Notes: generated by a model from the sequence alone, not told the origin. DNA of 64,000 nt from Anaerolineae bacterium (GCA_027021705.1 JALUTT010000092.1:1-64000); one strand, 5' to 3'. Positions 19,585 through 29,671 are shown, numbered from the stretch's first letter. Numbers and translations: made by a program.

Positions 19585-20013
19585 ATGAAACTCCGCCGAC
19601 GAGCCCGAATTGTTGCTCTCCAGGCGCTTTACGAAATTGATAGCGCAGGTCACAAGCCGGGCTTCGTGCTCCAGGAGCGATTGACCGAAACGCCGCTCCC
19701 GGAGCGAGGTGCCGCTTTCGCCCGCCACCTGGTGACCGGTGTGCTCAAGCACAGACCTTTCCTGGACAAATTGATCCAACGTTACGCCCCCGAATGGCCC
19801 GTGGACCAGATGGCCGTCATTGACCGCAATATCCTCCGCATGGCCATTTTCGAGCTGGTCGTGGACAAAGGGACCCCGGTCAAGGTCGCCATCAACGAGG
19901 CGGTGGAGTTGGCCAAGCTCTTCGGTTCTGACAGCAGTCCCCGTTTCGTCAACGGTGTCCTGGGCAGCTTAGTGGAGCAAGGTGTCCACAGGATGCCTCT
20001 ACCGGGCACGTAA
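19585..20013 (+). CDS. nusB: Transcription antitermination factor NusB
   Basis: RRRAR..ALQALY, IDRNILR, VAINEAVELAK.FG, FVNGVL. Confidence 0.97.
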   Translation: MKLRRRARIVALQALYEIDSAGHKPGFVLQERLTETPLPERGAAFARHLVTGVLKHRPFLDKLIQRYAPEWPVDQMAVIDRNILRMAIFELVVDKGTPVKVAINEAVELAKLFGSDSSPRFVNGVLGSLVEQGVHRMPLPGT

Positions 20014-20049
20014 GAGGGGGACGCGGCGAGAGGAAGAGCGAAGCGTACC

Positions 20050-20367
20050 GTGGACGTCTTAGGTGTTGGTCCGGCAGAACTGCTTTTCATCCTGATCCTG
20101 GCCATCATCGTGCTGGGGCCAGAGCGGACGGTCGAGGTGGCCAGAGAGGCCGGTCGGCTCTACCGGATGTGGAGCCGCCGCTGGCAGATGGACTGGGAGG
20201 AGCTAAGCCGGGAGTTCCGCCGGGAGCTGGAGCAGGTCCAGCAAGAGGTGGAGAAAGTGCGCCAGGAGACCGAGCGGGAGATCCACGTGCCGGAGGAGAC
20301 GATCTCCACCCCGCCCCGCCTTTCCTCCCAGTCCACCCACGAGTCGGCCGGCGAGGGAGAGGTATGA
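20050..20367 (+). CDS. tatB: Twin-arginine translocase TatA/TatB family subunit
   Basis: GVGPAELL.I...A.IVLGPER, amphipathic helix; directly upstream of tatC. Confidence 0.8.
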   Translation: MDVLGVGPAELLFILILAIIVLGPERTVEVAREAGRLYRMWSRRWQMDWEELSREFRRELEQVQQEVEKVRQETEREIHVPEETISTPPRLSSQSTHESAGEGEV

Positions 20368-21074
20368 AGGACAGACAGGGCGAAGATGAAACCCGCATGA
20401 CCCCGCTGGAACACCTGGCGGAGCTGCGGCAGCGGCTGTTGAAGGCCCTCGTCGCGCTGACTATCACCACCCTCTTGAGTTTCGTCTTCACCCCTCAGAT
20501 CATCGAGATCCTGACCCGCCCCATCGGTGGCCCGGAGGCCCTTCAGGCCATCGAGATCACGGAGAACGTCGGCGTCTTCATGCGGGTCTCCCTGCTCTCC
20601 GGCCTCGTCCTGGCCATGCCCGTCATCGTCTACCAGCTCCTGCGCTTCATCCTGCCCGGCCTGAAGCCCCACGAGAAACGATGGGTCTTCATCGCCGTGC
20701 CCAGCGCCAGCCTGCTCTTCCTGACAGGGGTTCTCTTCGCCTACTTCGTTATGCTTCCCGCCGCCCTGCCCTTCCTTATCGGCTTCCTGGGCATCAAGAC
20801 CGCCCCCCGGCCGGCCAACTACTTCAGCTTCATCACCAACCTGATGCTCTGGATCGGCCTCAGCTTTGAAGCCCCTCTGCTCATCTTCGTCCTGGCCAAG
20901 CTCAAGCTGATCTCTGCCCAGACCCTAGCCCGGCAGTGGCGGGTTGCCGTCATCATCATCGCCATCATCGCCGCCGTCGCCACCCCCACCGTGGACCCGA
21001 TCAACATGGGACTGCTGATGCTTCCCCTGCTGCTCCTCTACCTGCTCAGCATCCTGCTGGCTCGGCTGGCCTGA
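20364..21074 (+). CDS. tatC: Twin-arginine translocase TatC
   Basis: M...EHL.ELR.RL, PGL...EKR, FEAP, ATPT.DP; ATG 20364. Confidence 0.95.
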   Translation: MKDRQGEDETRMTPLEHLAELRQRLLKALVALTITTLLSFVFTPQIIEILTRPIGGPEALQAIEITENVGVFMRVSLLSGLVLAMPVIVYQLLRFILPGLKPHEKRWVFIAVPSASLLFLTGVLFAYFVMLPAALPFLIGFLGIKTAPRPANYFSFITNLMLWIGLSFEAPLLIFVLAKLKLISAQTLARQWRVAVIIIAIIAAVATPTVDPINMGLLMLPLLLLYLLSILLARLA

Positions 21075-21086
21075 GCGGTCGGGGCC

Positions 21087-21115
21087 TTGCCTACCGGGCC
21101 GCTTGCCCGTATAAT
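21087..21115 (+). promoter_or_regulatory. Promoter of the vapBC module
   Basis: TTGCCT-N17-TATAAT. Confidence 0.6.
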
Positions 21116-21189
21116 CCCTTTGAAGGAAAGCATAAGCTCCGGGCTTGCAAGGGGCACCCGGTGACCTGCAAAGGGGAAGGAGACCGGCT

Positions 21190-21447
21190 ATGCTCTGGAC
21201 CGTGAAGATCACATCGGAGGGGCAGATCACCCTGCCCAAGGAACTCCGGGAGTACCTGGGGCTGCGCCCGGGCGACCAGGTGACGTTCCTGGTGCGCAAC
21301 GGTGAGGTGATGCTGAAGCCCCTTCCAGGGGATATTCGCTCCTTACGGGGGATTTTCTCCGTTCCGGAAGCCCAGGACTGGGAGCGAGTTCGCCAGGAGA
21401 CGATGAATCTTATCGCCAAAGACACAGCTCAGGAAGGGCTACTATGA
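21190..21447 (+). CDS. AbrB/MazE-type antitoxin (VapB-like)
   Basis: KITSEGQITLPKELRE.LGL.PGD.V.F. Confidence 0.9.
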   Translation: MLWTVKITSEGQITLPKELREYLGLRPGDQVTFLVRNGEVMLKPLPGDIRSLRGIFSVPEAQDWERVRQETMNLIAKDTAQEGLL

Positions 21448-21854
21448 CCTCCAGCCCTTTTCTCGATGCCAACGTGATCCTGCGGTACCTTCTGAACGAC
21501 CTCCCCGCTCAGGCCGACCGGGCTGAAGCGTTGTTCGTGCGCGTGCAGAGGGGGGAAGCGCGGGTCTATCTCCCTGAGATCGCCCTGGCCGATGTCGTAT
21601 GGACGCTGCACCGTTTCTACAAGCGTAGCCGAGAGGAGATCCGCTCGGCGTTGCTCCCCTTCCTCGGCCTGGAGGGCCTGGAGATGCGAGACAGAGCCAC
21701 AGCTATTCAAGCCCTCCACCTCTTTGCCGACCGGAACATTGACTTCTCCGACGCCCTCATCGCCGCCGAGATGCTCCAGACAGGCCAGGCAGAGATCTAC
21801 TCCTACGACCGAGATTTCGACCGGATCGCCGGCATCCGCCGCGTTGAGCCCTGA
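21444..21854 (+). CDS. PIN-domain toxin (VapC-like)
   Basis: LDANVILR, DFSDALI, SYDRDF acidic motifs; ATGA overlap with the antitoxin. Confidence 0.9.
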   Translation: MTSSPFLDANVILRYLLNDLPAQADRAEALFVRVQRGEARVYLPEIALADVVWTLHRFYKRSREEIRSALLPFLGLEGLEMRDRATAIQALHLFADRNIDFSDALIAAEMLQTGQAEIYSYDRDFDRIAGIRRVEP

Positions 21855-21858
21855 ACGC

Positions 21859-21892
21859 GAAGGTCCGGCCTCTCCCCCAGGGCCGGACCTTC
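21859..21892. terminator. 12-bp stem-loop between convergent genes
   Basis: gaaggtccggcc-N10-ggccggaccttc. Confidence 0.6.
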
Positions 21893-21922
21893 TCCACCTC
21901 GCGGTCTTGTCCTCTTCCCGCC

Positions 21923-24787
21923 TCAGCTATACAGCCCCCGACCGTTGGCGATCAACGATTGCTTCAGGATGAGCGGCAGCACGATGCGGTAAGCGTTGAC
22001 GATCATCGTCGCGCTGCGGCTCAGGACCCCCACCGGTGACGACTCGACCACGACGGTGTTGCGCAGGACCGCCGGTCGCCCTTCATCCACCCGGGCGCGG
22101 TAGGTCAGCGTGAGGACCGTGGATGAGGAGAGGACACCCTCCCAGGTGATCCGAGAGCCTGCGCAGGCGGGAGCCTCGAGGGCATCGGCCCCATCGGCTC
22201 GGAGCTGACAGGAACCGGCAACCAATTGGAGCCCCGACGGAAGCGTGTCTGTCAGCCGCATCGTCTCGGTGAAGGGGTCTCCGCTGTTGCGCACCACCAC
22301 CGTGTAGGTGACCGTCTCGCCGACGCGGGCGTCGGGACGGGAGACGATCTTGTAGGACTTGCTCAGGTCGGGGGGGCGCTGGAGCCAGGCTAGGCTCCCA
22401 AAGCGGGGGACCTCGGCCGTGAAGGTCAGGGAATCGGCCCCTGCCTGCACCGAGGTGACCCAGGGGTGCGCCCGCATCCGGCTCACCAGAATGGGCATCG
22501 GGGCCAGGGGCAGGGTGATGGTCAGCGTGGTCGTCGTCGGCGAAGGGTTGTAGAGGGCCAAGGAGTGCACCCGATCCCCCTGGGCGATGTAGAGCAGGTG
22601 AGCAGGGCCGCTGGCCGCGTGGCCGGCCGCCTGGTCCGTGGCCTCGAAGAAGACCATCCCCGTGGCCTGACTGGAGCGGTCACGGACCCCGTGGGCGGCC
22701 ACCGTCTGCACCAGCACCTCGAAGTCGGGGGCCTGGGCATAGCTCTGGGTGCGGCTCCGACTCGTCATCGGCAGGTAGGCAAAGCGGTAAGTGGCCCCGC
22801 TGGGTTGAACGCCATGCTCCACGAAGGTCTGAACCCAGTCCCGATCGTTGTAGGTGACTGTCTCCTGCTTCCAGGTCGCGCCGTCGGCCACGACCACGCC
22901 GAGGGTGCCGTCGTAGAGCCAGTTGCTCCCGCCCTCCAGGGTTCGAGCCGCCGGGAGCGTGTGCAGGTAGGTGCGCACGGGCCGGGGATCGTCGCTGCGG
23001 ATGTCGGAGCCCAGGCAGACGATCTCTTCGTCGAAGGCGAAGCAGCTCTTGTGGGCCCACAGCCGGCGGTCGTCGTCCACCAGCACCTGGAGAGCCATCC
23101 CGGCCGCCGCGAAGTCGCCCAGGGTCGCCGCCCCCGCCATCGGGCTCTCCTCCCGTCGCCAGGCATTGGGGCCGTTGTAGACCTCACCGGTCACCGCCGT
23201 GATCCCATCGTAGAGGTGCTGGGCCTCCTGAAGCTCCAGGTCCACGAAGTCGGTCACGTTCCCATCGGTGAAGAAGACCAGCCCGCCGTCGTGCTCCCGG
23301 GCCAGGGCGCGGGGGGCGACGTTGGCCGTCCGCATCGCCAGGCCAGCATACCAGGACGACCGCCGCACGACGAGGAACTCCGACCAGGGGTAGTAGCGGG
23401 CTCCGGTGGGCGGCGGAGCCGGTGTCTGGGCCCGGGCAACGGCCTGGGCCAGGGCCGGTTGTCCCAGCAGCGTATCCCCCGGCAGGTGGAAGTTGCCAAA
23501 CCATGGCGTGGCGATCCCCCAGTACCCCTGCTCCATCTCCAGATCGTCGGGGTGCTTGGCCAGCCACTCCACGACCACCCGGGCCAGTTCATCCGCGTAG
23601 GGGGGATCGGGGAGGTTGAGCAGGAAGACGGCTCCCATGAAAAGCTCGCCGGCTTCAGTCATATGGGGCCAACGCCCTCGGGTTGCCGGCTGCTCCAGCC
23701 CCTGGTAGAAGTTCCAGCGCAGCCACTCGTGGAAGTAGTCCCCCAGGTAGGTTACGGCTTCGGACGTCGGGCCGTAGAGGGGGGAGTCGTGGGTCAGATA
23801 GACGTAGAAGGCGGCGGTTTCGAAGAGATGATCGCCGTAAAGCTGGTTGGGGGCTCGTCCGTGATCCCAAGGGGTGTAATCAGGCTTGGGGCCGGCGCTG
23901 CGGGTCCCCGCCGCAAGCCCCTCGTTGGTCCGCAGCCCCCAGTTCATCTCGTTCGCCGCCCATTGGACGACGGGGGGGAGCCGGAAGTAGAGGCCCGTGA
24001 GCAGGGAAACGACGCGGAACCAGGCTCCATTTGCCTCTGTCAGGTAGAAGAGGTCCCCGCTGGGACTGGCCTTGGTCAGGCTGCTGGAGTCCCGACCGAT
24101 CCAGAGGTTGCACCAGAGGAGCATATCCTCCAGATCGTCCCGCACGTCGGGGCTCAGCTCCTCCCCTACGGCGAAGAGGATGTCCAGCAGGCGAAAGGGG
24201 ACCTGCACTTCCCAGGTCCACCAGTTGCCGGGCAGCCCGTTGTCCGGGTGCAGATTGTTGTAGGTGATCTCGTAGCGCAACGCCGGTTCGATGACGTTGC
24301 GGATCATCTGGGTATCCTGGTACCAGCGAGAGCCGGGAACGTGGTAGGCGAAGGCCAGTTGGCGTACCGTCTGTAGGCCGCCGGAAATCTCTCCTGTCTG
24401 GGCGTTCTGCTGGTTGACCCGCCAGACCAGGTCCCGTTCCAGGCGGGCCACCCGCTCCTGCACGGCAGGATCGTCCCAGTCCACGTAGCGGAGTTGGACC
24501 ATCTCCTGGTAACGCCGGCGCAGCCGCTCCAGCTCTGCCATACCCGGATCGTTCACCGTCACCGTCCAGCGGGTCGGTCCGGTAAATCCCTCCGCGTTGG
24601 CACCGGGGAGGGTCACGGTGCCCGTCTCCACGCTCAGCGCATCGAGGATCCCTTGATAGGAGTCCGAAACGGCCAGGACAGGCGCAGGGGCTGTCAGGAG
24701 CAATCCCGCAAGCCACCAGAGCTGTCCCACCAACAGGAGCCAGGATTGCCATCGCAACCAGTGCCTTGCTCGACGTTTCGTCATCAT
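21923..24787 (-). CDS. Secreted polysaccharide lyase family 8-like protein with C-terminal DUF11-like domain
   Basis: Signal peptide; NWWTWE..VP, TEAN, DH.....LYG, RGR, KS.F.FD.EIV.LG motifs; C-terminal K......VG..VTYT.VV.N.G....LTD.LP. Confidence 0.7.
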   Translation of the reverse strand: MMTKRRARHWLRWQSWLLLVGQLWWLAGLLLTAPAPVLAVSDSYQGILDALSVETGTVTLPGANAEGFTGPTRWTVTVNDPGMAELERLRRRYQEMVQLRYVDWDDPAVQERVARLERDLVWRVNQQNAQTGEISGGLQTVRQLAFAYHVPGSRWYQDTQMIRNVIEPALRYEITYNNLHPDNGLPGNWWTWEVQVPFRLLDILFAVGEELSPDVRDDLEDMLLWCNLWIGRDSSSLTKASPSGDLFYLTEANGAWFRVVSLLTGLYFRLPPVVQWAANEMNWGLRTNEGLAAGTRSAGPKPDYTPWDHGRAPNQLYGDHLFETAAFYVYLTHDSPLYGPTSEAVTYLGDYFHEWLRWNFYQGLEQPATRGRWPHMTEAGELFMGAVFLLNLPDPPYADELARVVVEWLAKHPDDLEMEQGYWGIATPWFGNFHLPGDTLLGQPALAQAVARAQTPAPPPTGARYYPWSEFLVVRRSSWYAGLAMRTANVAPRALAREHDGGLVFFTDGNVTDFVDLELQEAQHLYDGITAVTGEVYNGPNAWRREESPMAGAATLGDFAAAGMALQVLVDDDRRLWAHKSCFAFDEEIVCLGSDIRSDDPRPVRTYLHTLPAARTLEGGSNWLYDGTLGVVVADGATWKQETVTYNDRDWVQTFVEHGVQPSGATYRFAYLPMTSRSRTQSYAQAPDFEVLVQTVAAHGVRDRSSQATGMVFFEATDQAAGHAASGPAHLLYIAQGDRVHSLALYNPSPTTTTLTITLPLAPMPILVSRMRAHPWVTSVQAGADSLTFTAEVPRFGSLAWLQRPPDLSKSYKIVSRPDARVGETVTYTVVVRNSGDPFTETMRLTDTLPSGLQLVAGSCQLRADGADALEAPACAGSRITWEGVLSSSTVLTLTYRARVDEGRPAVLRNTVVVESSPVGVLSRSATMIVNAYRIVLPLILKQSLIANGRGLYS

Positions 24788-24831
24788 CCATACCTCTCCA
24801 GATAGTCCAAGGAGCCCAGCATCGCCATATG

Positions 24832-24855
24832 AAAAAGCCCAGGAAGTGCCTGGGC
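24832..24855 (-). terminator. Probable terminator after the MFS gene
   Basis: Minus strand gcccagg-N5-cctgggc followed by ttttt. Confidence 0.55.
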
Positions 24856-24912
24856 AAACTCCGCTGCGAGGTCTCTACCTGTTGTTCATCTTAGCGATGA
24901 AAGGGCGGGAGG

Positions 24913-26211
24913 TCAATAGGACTCCCCTCCCAAATAGGCCATCCGGTGCTGTCGCCCCTCTCCCAACCCCGGCGTCAGAGCCAGCCCTATGGCGATCCCG
25001 CAGGTGGCCACGCCAAAGAGGGTGGGGAACGAGCTCAGCGTCAGGATCCAGCCACCGAGGAGGGGGGCCAGTACCAGCGTTCCGCTCAGTGCGTTCAGAA
25101 GCCCCATGTAGACGGGACGTTGGTCAGGGGGCGTGATCTCCAGGGCGTAGTTGAAGTAGCCCACCATCAACGCGCTGCCCACGATCCCGATGGCCGCGAA
25201 GACCCAGACGAAGAGGATAGCCAGCCTGTCTCCTGCCTGAACGCCGCCCAGGTAGAGCCCCAGGGCGACCAAGGGGGCCGAGAGGCTGGCCAAGCCGGAG
25301 AGTTGGATGACGCGCCAGGTTCCTTTGCGATCGGCGACTAGTCCCAATCCCAGGCTGCCGGCCACCCCACCTAGCGTCTGGGCGGCGACGAACCCACCCA
25401 CCGCCGCCTGGGAGAAGCCCAACTCCTCGATGGCGTAGACCACATAGAAGGGGGTGACCATCTGCTCCAGGCCCACCAACAGGCGGACGAGGACGAGCCG
25501 CCGAAAGAGGGCATCGTCCCGCAACGTGCGTCCCAAGAGCGGGAGGTAATCACGCCAGCTTGGCATAGGCGCATCCACCATCCCGGGTGGCTCTCGGATC
25601 ACGGTAAGGGCCGCCAGGCCCAGCATGTAGCTGAGGCCGGCCAAGGCGAAGAGGATGGCGTAGTTCTGGGGGAAAGGGGGGCCGTCTGGCCCCAGGAGAC
25701 GCCCTACCAGCACGCCGGCACCGGCGGCCATCAGTCCGCTGACGAACTGGGAGAGGCCGATCAGCCGTCCCCGGCGCTCCGTGGGGATCACCTTGGCCAG
25801 TACGTCGAACCAGGCGATGACGGCCAGGGCATCGGTCACCCAGAAGAGGGCCAGCACGAGGAAGAAGAAGGCCAGCACAGCCCAGGAGGGGCGGGAGAAG
25901 CCCAGCCAGAGGAGCAGGGCCAGCCCCCACCAGAGCGGGCGACCCACCAGCCCCGCCCCGATGAGGTAGGGCTTCATCCGGGGGCGGTGGGTCAGGAAGC
26001 GGGCTGCGACCAGTTGGGGAAGCTGCCAGCCGCCGCCGCTGATGACACCGACCAGGCTCAGGGCCAGCGTCGAAGTGGTAAGCTGTTGGACGAAGGCCGG
26101 CAACACCGTAGCCGGATGGGAAAGGGCCAGGCCCAAGCCAAAGGCCACATAGTCGAGGAAGATGACCAGCGCGTTACGGCGGTAATGGCGCTGGGCGAGA
26201 GGGGCTTCCAC
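24913..26211 (-). CDS. MFS transporter
   Basis: About 12 hydrophobic segments, G.VADRKG loop motif. Confidence 0.88.
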   Translation of the reverse strand: MEAPLAQRHYRRNALVIFLDYVAFGLGLALSHPATVLPAFVQQLTTSTLALSLVGVISGGGWQLPQLVAARFLTHRPRMKPYLIGAGLVGRPLWWGLALLLWLGFSRPSWAVLAFFFLVLALFWVTDALAVIAWFDVLAKVIPTERRGRLIGLSQFVSGLMAAGAGVLVGRLLGPDGPPFPQNYAILFALAGLSYMLGLAALTVIREPPGMVDAPMPSWRDYLPLLGRTLRDDALFRRLVLVRLLVGLEQMVTPFYVVYAIEELGFSQAAVGGFVAAQTLGGVAGSLGLGLVADRKGTWRVIQLSGLASLSAPLVALGLYLGGVQAGDRLAILFVWVFAAIGIVGSALMVGYFNYALEITPPDQRPVYMGLLNALSGTLVLAPLLGGWILTLSSFPTLFGVATCGIAIGLALTPGLGEGRQHRMAYLGGESY

Positions 26212-26214
26212 GGT

Positions 26215-26583
26215 TCACAGTGCCTCGGTAGAGATGATGAGGTCGGCCGTCGCCACGTTGGTCGCCAGCGGAACGTTGTGGACATTGCAGACCCGAAGGA
26301 GGGACTGGATGTCGGGATCGTGGGGATGCTTGTCCAGAGGGTCCACGAAGAAGAAGACGCCGTGGACCTCGCCCTGGGCCACCCGGGCGGCGATCTGGGC
26401 ATCGCCCCCGTAGGGGCCGGAGAGCAGCCGCTCCACCTCCAGTCCTACCTTCTCCACCAGCAGCTTTCCGGTGGTCGCCGTAGCGATCAGGCGGTAGCCG
26501 GAGAGCTTCTCCCGATTGAAGGTGGCGAAGGCGACCATATCGGCTTTCTTCCCATCGTGGGCAATGAGGGCCAGGGTTTTCAT
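26215..26583 (-). CDS. mgsA: Methylglyoxal synthase
   Basis: ALIAHD.KK, AT.TTG, SGP.GGD.QI, PHDPD...L.R.C. Confidence 0.96.
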   Translation of the reverse strand: MKTLALIAHDGKKADMVAFATFNREKLSGYRLIATATTGKLLVEKVGLEVERLLSGPYGGDAQIAARVAQGEVHGVFFFVDPLDKHPHDPDIQSLLRVCNVHNVPLATNVATADLIISTEAL

Positions 26584-26673
26584 CGTAGGGCTCCTTGGCA
26601 GGACACTTGTGAACGACAGGACAACCTCTTGAATATACCACAGTATCCTTCCTCCGGCAAACCTCCGTGATTC

Positions 26674-26828
26674 CGGTGATTACCCATATCTTTGGAGATA
26701 GGGAGACTAGCCGTTCACGAATGGGGCACGAATACACGAATTAAGGACCGCCTCGTTCGTGCATGTGTGAGAAATTCGTGGACGGCCTGCTACGGACCAC
26801 TCTCTCGCTCACTGGTGGGTAATCACCG
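26674..26828. mobile_element. MITE family A, intact copy with 11-bp target-site duplication
   Basis: 13-bp perfect TIR CGGTGATTACCCA/TGGGTAATCACCG; CTCCGTGATTC directly repeated at 26663-26673 and 26829-26839. Confidence 0.85.
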
Positions 26829-27094
26829 CTCCGTGATTCGTGCCTGGGTGTCCGTTTGTGGATGATCGATCCTACCACTGCCTCTGGGATGTGGGGACAG
26901 CACAGCCATCGGACGGGCTTTTCGCGCAAATTGAGGTACAATACCGGGGGGTACGATACCGAGGTACTATGCTTCCCGGTCAGCGGCCGGCCTGCCGGCC
27001 TGCCTTCAATACCACGTTGGAACTACCTGACCCATCAGGGACCCTCCCGCAGGAGGGTGCCCGTTGAGCGGTTAGGACAAGATGGGGGAGAAGG

Positions 27095-29671
27095 ATGACT
27101 ACCGACACCCAGCCTTCCTCGACCCAGCGCCAGGCACTGGAGCGCTCGCGGCGGGCTACGATGGCCGCCCTCCTGCGGATTGACGACAGCACCTTGATGG
27201 AGCTCACCCGGCTCACCTTGCCCGAGATCCGGGCCATCCAGCGGGAGATCGCCCAGGTCCTGCCGGCCGGCAACTTGCCCGCCTTCGTTCTCAGCGGTCT
27301 GGTGAAGCTCAAGGGACGCCGCGTCACCCCCAACCAGGTGCGGCGCGACCTGACCGCGCTGATGCGTGGCCTCAGTCTGATCCCCCAGGGGCTTTACGGT
27401 GTCTTCGTCGCCGGCCCCGCTGCCGTTCTCTACGCCTACCAAAAGATCCTGCAACTGGCGGGCAAGGATCCCGAGAGCGCCTTCCCTCAGGGCACCTGGC
27501 AGTTCTACCTCCAGTTCGGCATGCGGGAGGACACCGCCCGTCACGCCAATGAGACCGTGGGCTTCCATTGCTCCCTGCCCCCGGATCCCGATCCCGTGGC
27601 GGTGGCGGCTGCCTGGGTCTACGCCGCTCTGGAACTCCTCTACTGCTACGACGACCTCCTGGCCGCCGACTGGACAGAGCGGGTGATGCTACGGCTCCTG
27701 CTGGAAGAAGCGACGGAGGCCGATGTGGCTGATCGGCCCCCTTTCGTCACCCTCATTCGGGACTGGAACCGGGAGCGCCCTTACCATCGCCCCGAAGATG
27801 GGGCGGATTACCTGCTCCACCGTCAGGCCGCCTTCCGTCGTTTCTTTAAGCAACGGCTGGCTCTCCTCCCACCGGAGGCCCAGAAGCGCTTTCGTCAGCG
27901 CTATCAGGAGCGCCTGACCGAGGAGTTGCCTGCCTACCAAGAGCAGATGACGATCCTGGCCATCCTGGAGCCCGATCGCTATCAGGAGCACCGGATCCCT
28001 CTCCCTCTCTGGCAGGCGACCATCGCCTTCGTCTGGCAAGGCCACACCTACCTGCTTCCGGCCTGTCAGCAGGACGAGCGGGGTAGTCCCCTCTGCTATC
28101 CCCCCCAAGCTCGGGGGGCGCTGCCGGTGCCCCTTTACGCCCTCTCCGACGAAGAACTCTGCGACGCCGCCGGCCAACCGCTCCTGGTGGACCGAAGCGG
28201 ACGGGTCTGGTATCGGAAGAGCGGCCACCTGCTGGGCAGTCTGCGTCCTCCCACGCCGGAGGCTGTGATGAACTGGTTGGCCGCTATCTTCGCTGTCCCC
28301 CAGACCGGAGCGGCCCCCACCCTCGACCTGCTGCTGGCCGAGAGCCCCAGGGCGCTTCAGCCCCAGTTGCGGAAGCGGCTGCCTGCCGCCACCCAGGAGG
28401 AGATCGAGGCACTGCGTCGTGCCCCCATCGTCATTAACTGGGACTGCCGGCCCCACGAGCTTCCCCTCGCCTACATCCGGCAGGACCATCGGGGCATCGG
28501 TGACCACGCCCTCACCCTCTTCCGCACCGAGCGGAGCATGGTCTTTGACCAATCCCACATCTTCTTCGACGGGATGTGGGGGATGGCCGTCGCCGAGGTG
28601 CTGACCGATAGCGCCATCCACTGGTACCGCCGCCTGGCCGGACGCCCTGTCGTGCCCCAGACGCCGTCCCCTCAGCCCCTACGGCTTCTCAACAGCCCGG
28701 AAGTGGAGGTCCTGGCCAGCCCCCACCGTCAACGGAGCGAGGCCGCTGCCGAATCCAAGGGTGTGGATACCCGCCGTCTCTTTCGCTTGCGCAAGTGGCT
28801 GCGTCAGCGGGGCGTCCACCTGACGGTCAACGACCTGCTCCTCCTCTATCGCTTCTTCCACGTTGCTGACTATCGGCCCTCCCCGACCGTTCGCCAGGCC
28901 CTGGAGGCTTTTCACAGCCGGGCCACCACTCCGGAGGGACGTGCCGCTTGGCAGTCCATTATGATGACGATGGCCCGTCTAGGGGAGACCAACCCCGCCC
29001 TTCTCATCCCGATGGATGCCAGCAACGTCTCCCCCCAGGAGCGGGTCTTTCCCACCACCTTCCGTAATCCCCTGACCGAGATCCGCGATCGCTTTGCCAC
29101 CACCCGGCAGCGGTATCGGACCTATCGAGACGATCCCACCCCCGAGCACTGGACTGCTTTCGACCGGGCGCGTCGAGAGCTCTTGGCCTACCTGAAGGCC
29201 TTCGGTGAGCTGCTGGATGCCGTCAAGGCGGTGACGATGCGTGGCGAGAGCTTCAACACCGCCACCATCCGGCTGCTGGCCCACCTCCCCCCTTCGATGC
29301 AGCACCTGCTGGATCAGATCCCCCAGCGCATTGGGGTTCTGAACGAGATCATCAAGGGCAGTGAGGTCTTCTCCAACGTAGGGCGGGTTGCGCCGGGTAG
29401 CTCCCTTGCCCGCTTTATCAGCGCCAAGGACGATGGCAAGACCAAGGAACTGATCTGGGGGATCCTGACCGACGATGAGGGGCGGATGCACATCAGCCTG
29501 CGGGACTTCCGCCCCTTCGTCTTCCACCTTTTGGCCCTGGGCGAGGCAACGTTGGCCGATCTACTGGCCCAGGATTACCTGGATAGCTACGTGAAAGGGC
29601 TGAACCGCTTCGTCGCCGATCTAAGCACCATCATTGCCCTCGAACCCGCTCGCCCTCCGAAGTCTCCATAA
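27095..29671 (+). CDS. Large hypothetical protein, possibly CoA-dependent acyltransferase fold
   Basis: 858-aa ORF with good SD; contains SHIFFDG (HxxxDG); function is inference. Confidence 0.6.
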   Translation: MTTDTQPSSTQRQALERSRRATMAALLRIDDSTLMELTRLTLPEIRAIQREIAQVLPAGNLPAFVLSGLVKLKGRRVTPNQVRRDLTALMRGLSLIPQGLYGVFVAGPAAVLYAYQKILQLAGKDPESAFPQGTWQFYLQFGMREDTARHANETVGFHCSLPPDPDPVAVAAAWVYAALELLYCYDDLLAADWTERVMLRLLLEEATEADVADRPPFVTLIRDWNRERPYHRPEDGADYLLHRQAAFRRFFKQRLALLPPEAQKRFRQRYQERLTEELPAYQEQMTILAILEPDRYQEHRIPLPLWQATIAFVWQGHTYLLPACQQDERGSPLCYPPQARGALPVPLYALSDEELCDAAGQPLLVDRSGRVWYRKSGHLLGSLRPPTPEAVMNWLAAIFAVPQTGAAPTLDLLLAESPRALQPQLRKRLPAATQEEIEALRRAPIVINWDCRPHELPLAYIRQDHRGIGDHALTLFRTERSMVFDQSHIFFDGMWGMAVAEVLTDSAIHWYRRLAGRPVVPQTPSPQPLRLLNSPEVEVLASPHRQRSEAAAESKGVDTRRLFRLRKWLRQRGVHLTVNDLLLLYRFFHVADYRPSPTVRQALEAFHSRATTPEGRAAWQSIMMTMARLGETNPALLIPMDASNVSPQERVFPTTFRNPLTEIRDRFATTRQRYRTYRDDPTPEHWTAFDRARRELLAYLKAFGELLDAVKAVTMRGESFNTATIRLLAHLPPSMQHLLDQIPQRIGVLNEIIKGSEVFSNVGRVAPGSSLARFISAKDDGKTKELIWGILTDDEGRMHISLRDFRPFVFHLLALGEATLADLLAQDYLDSYVKGLNRFVADLSTIIALEPARPPKSP

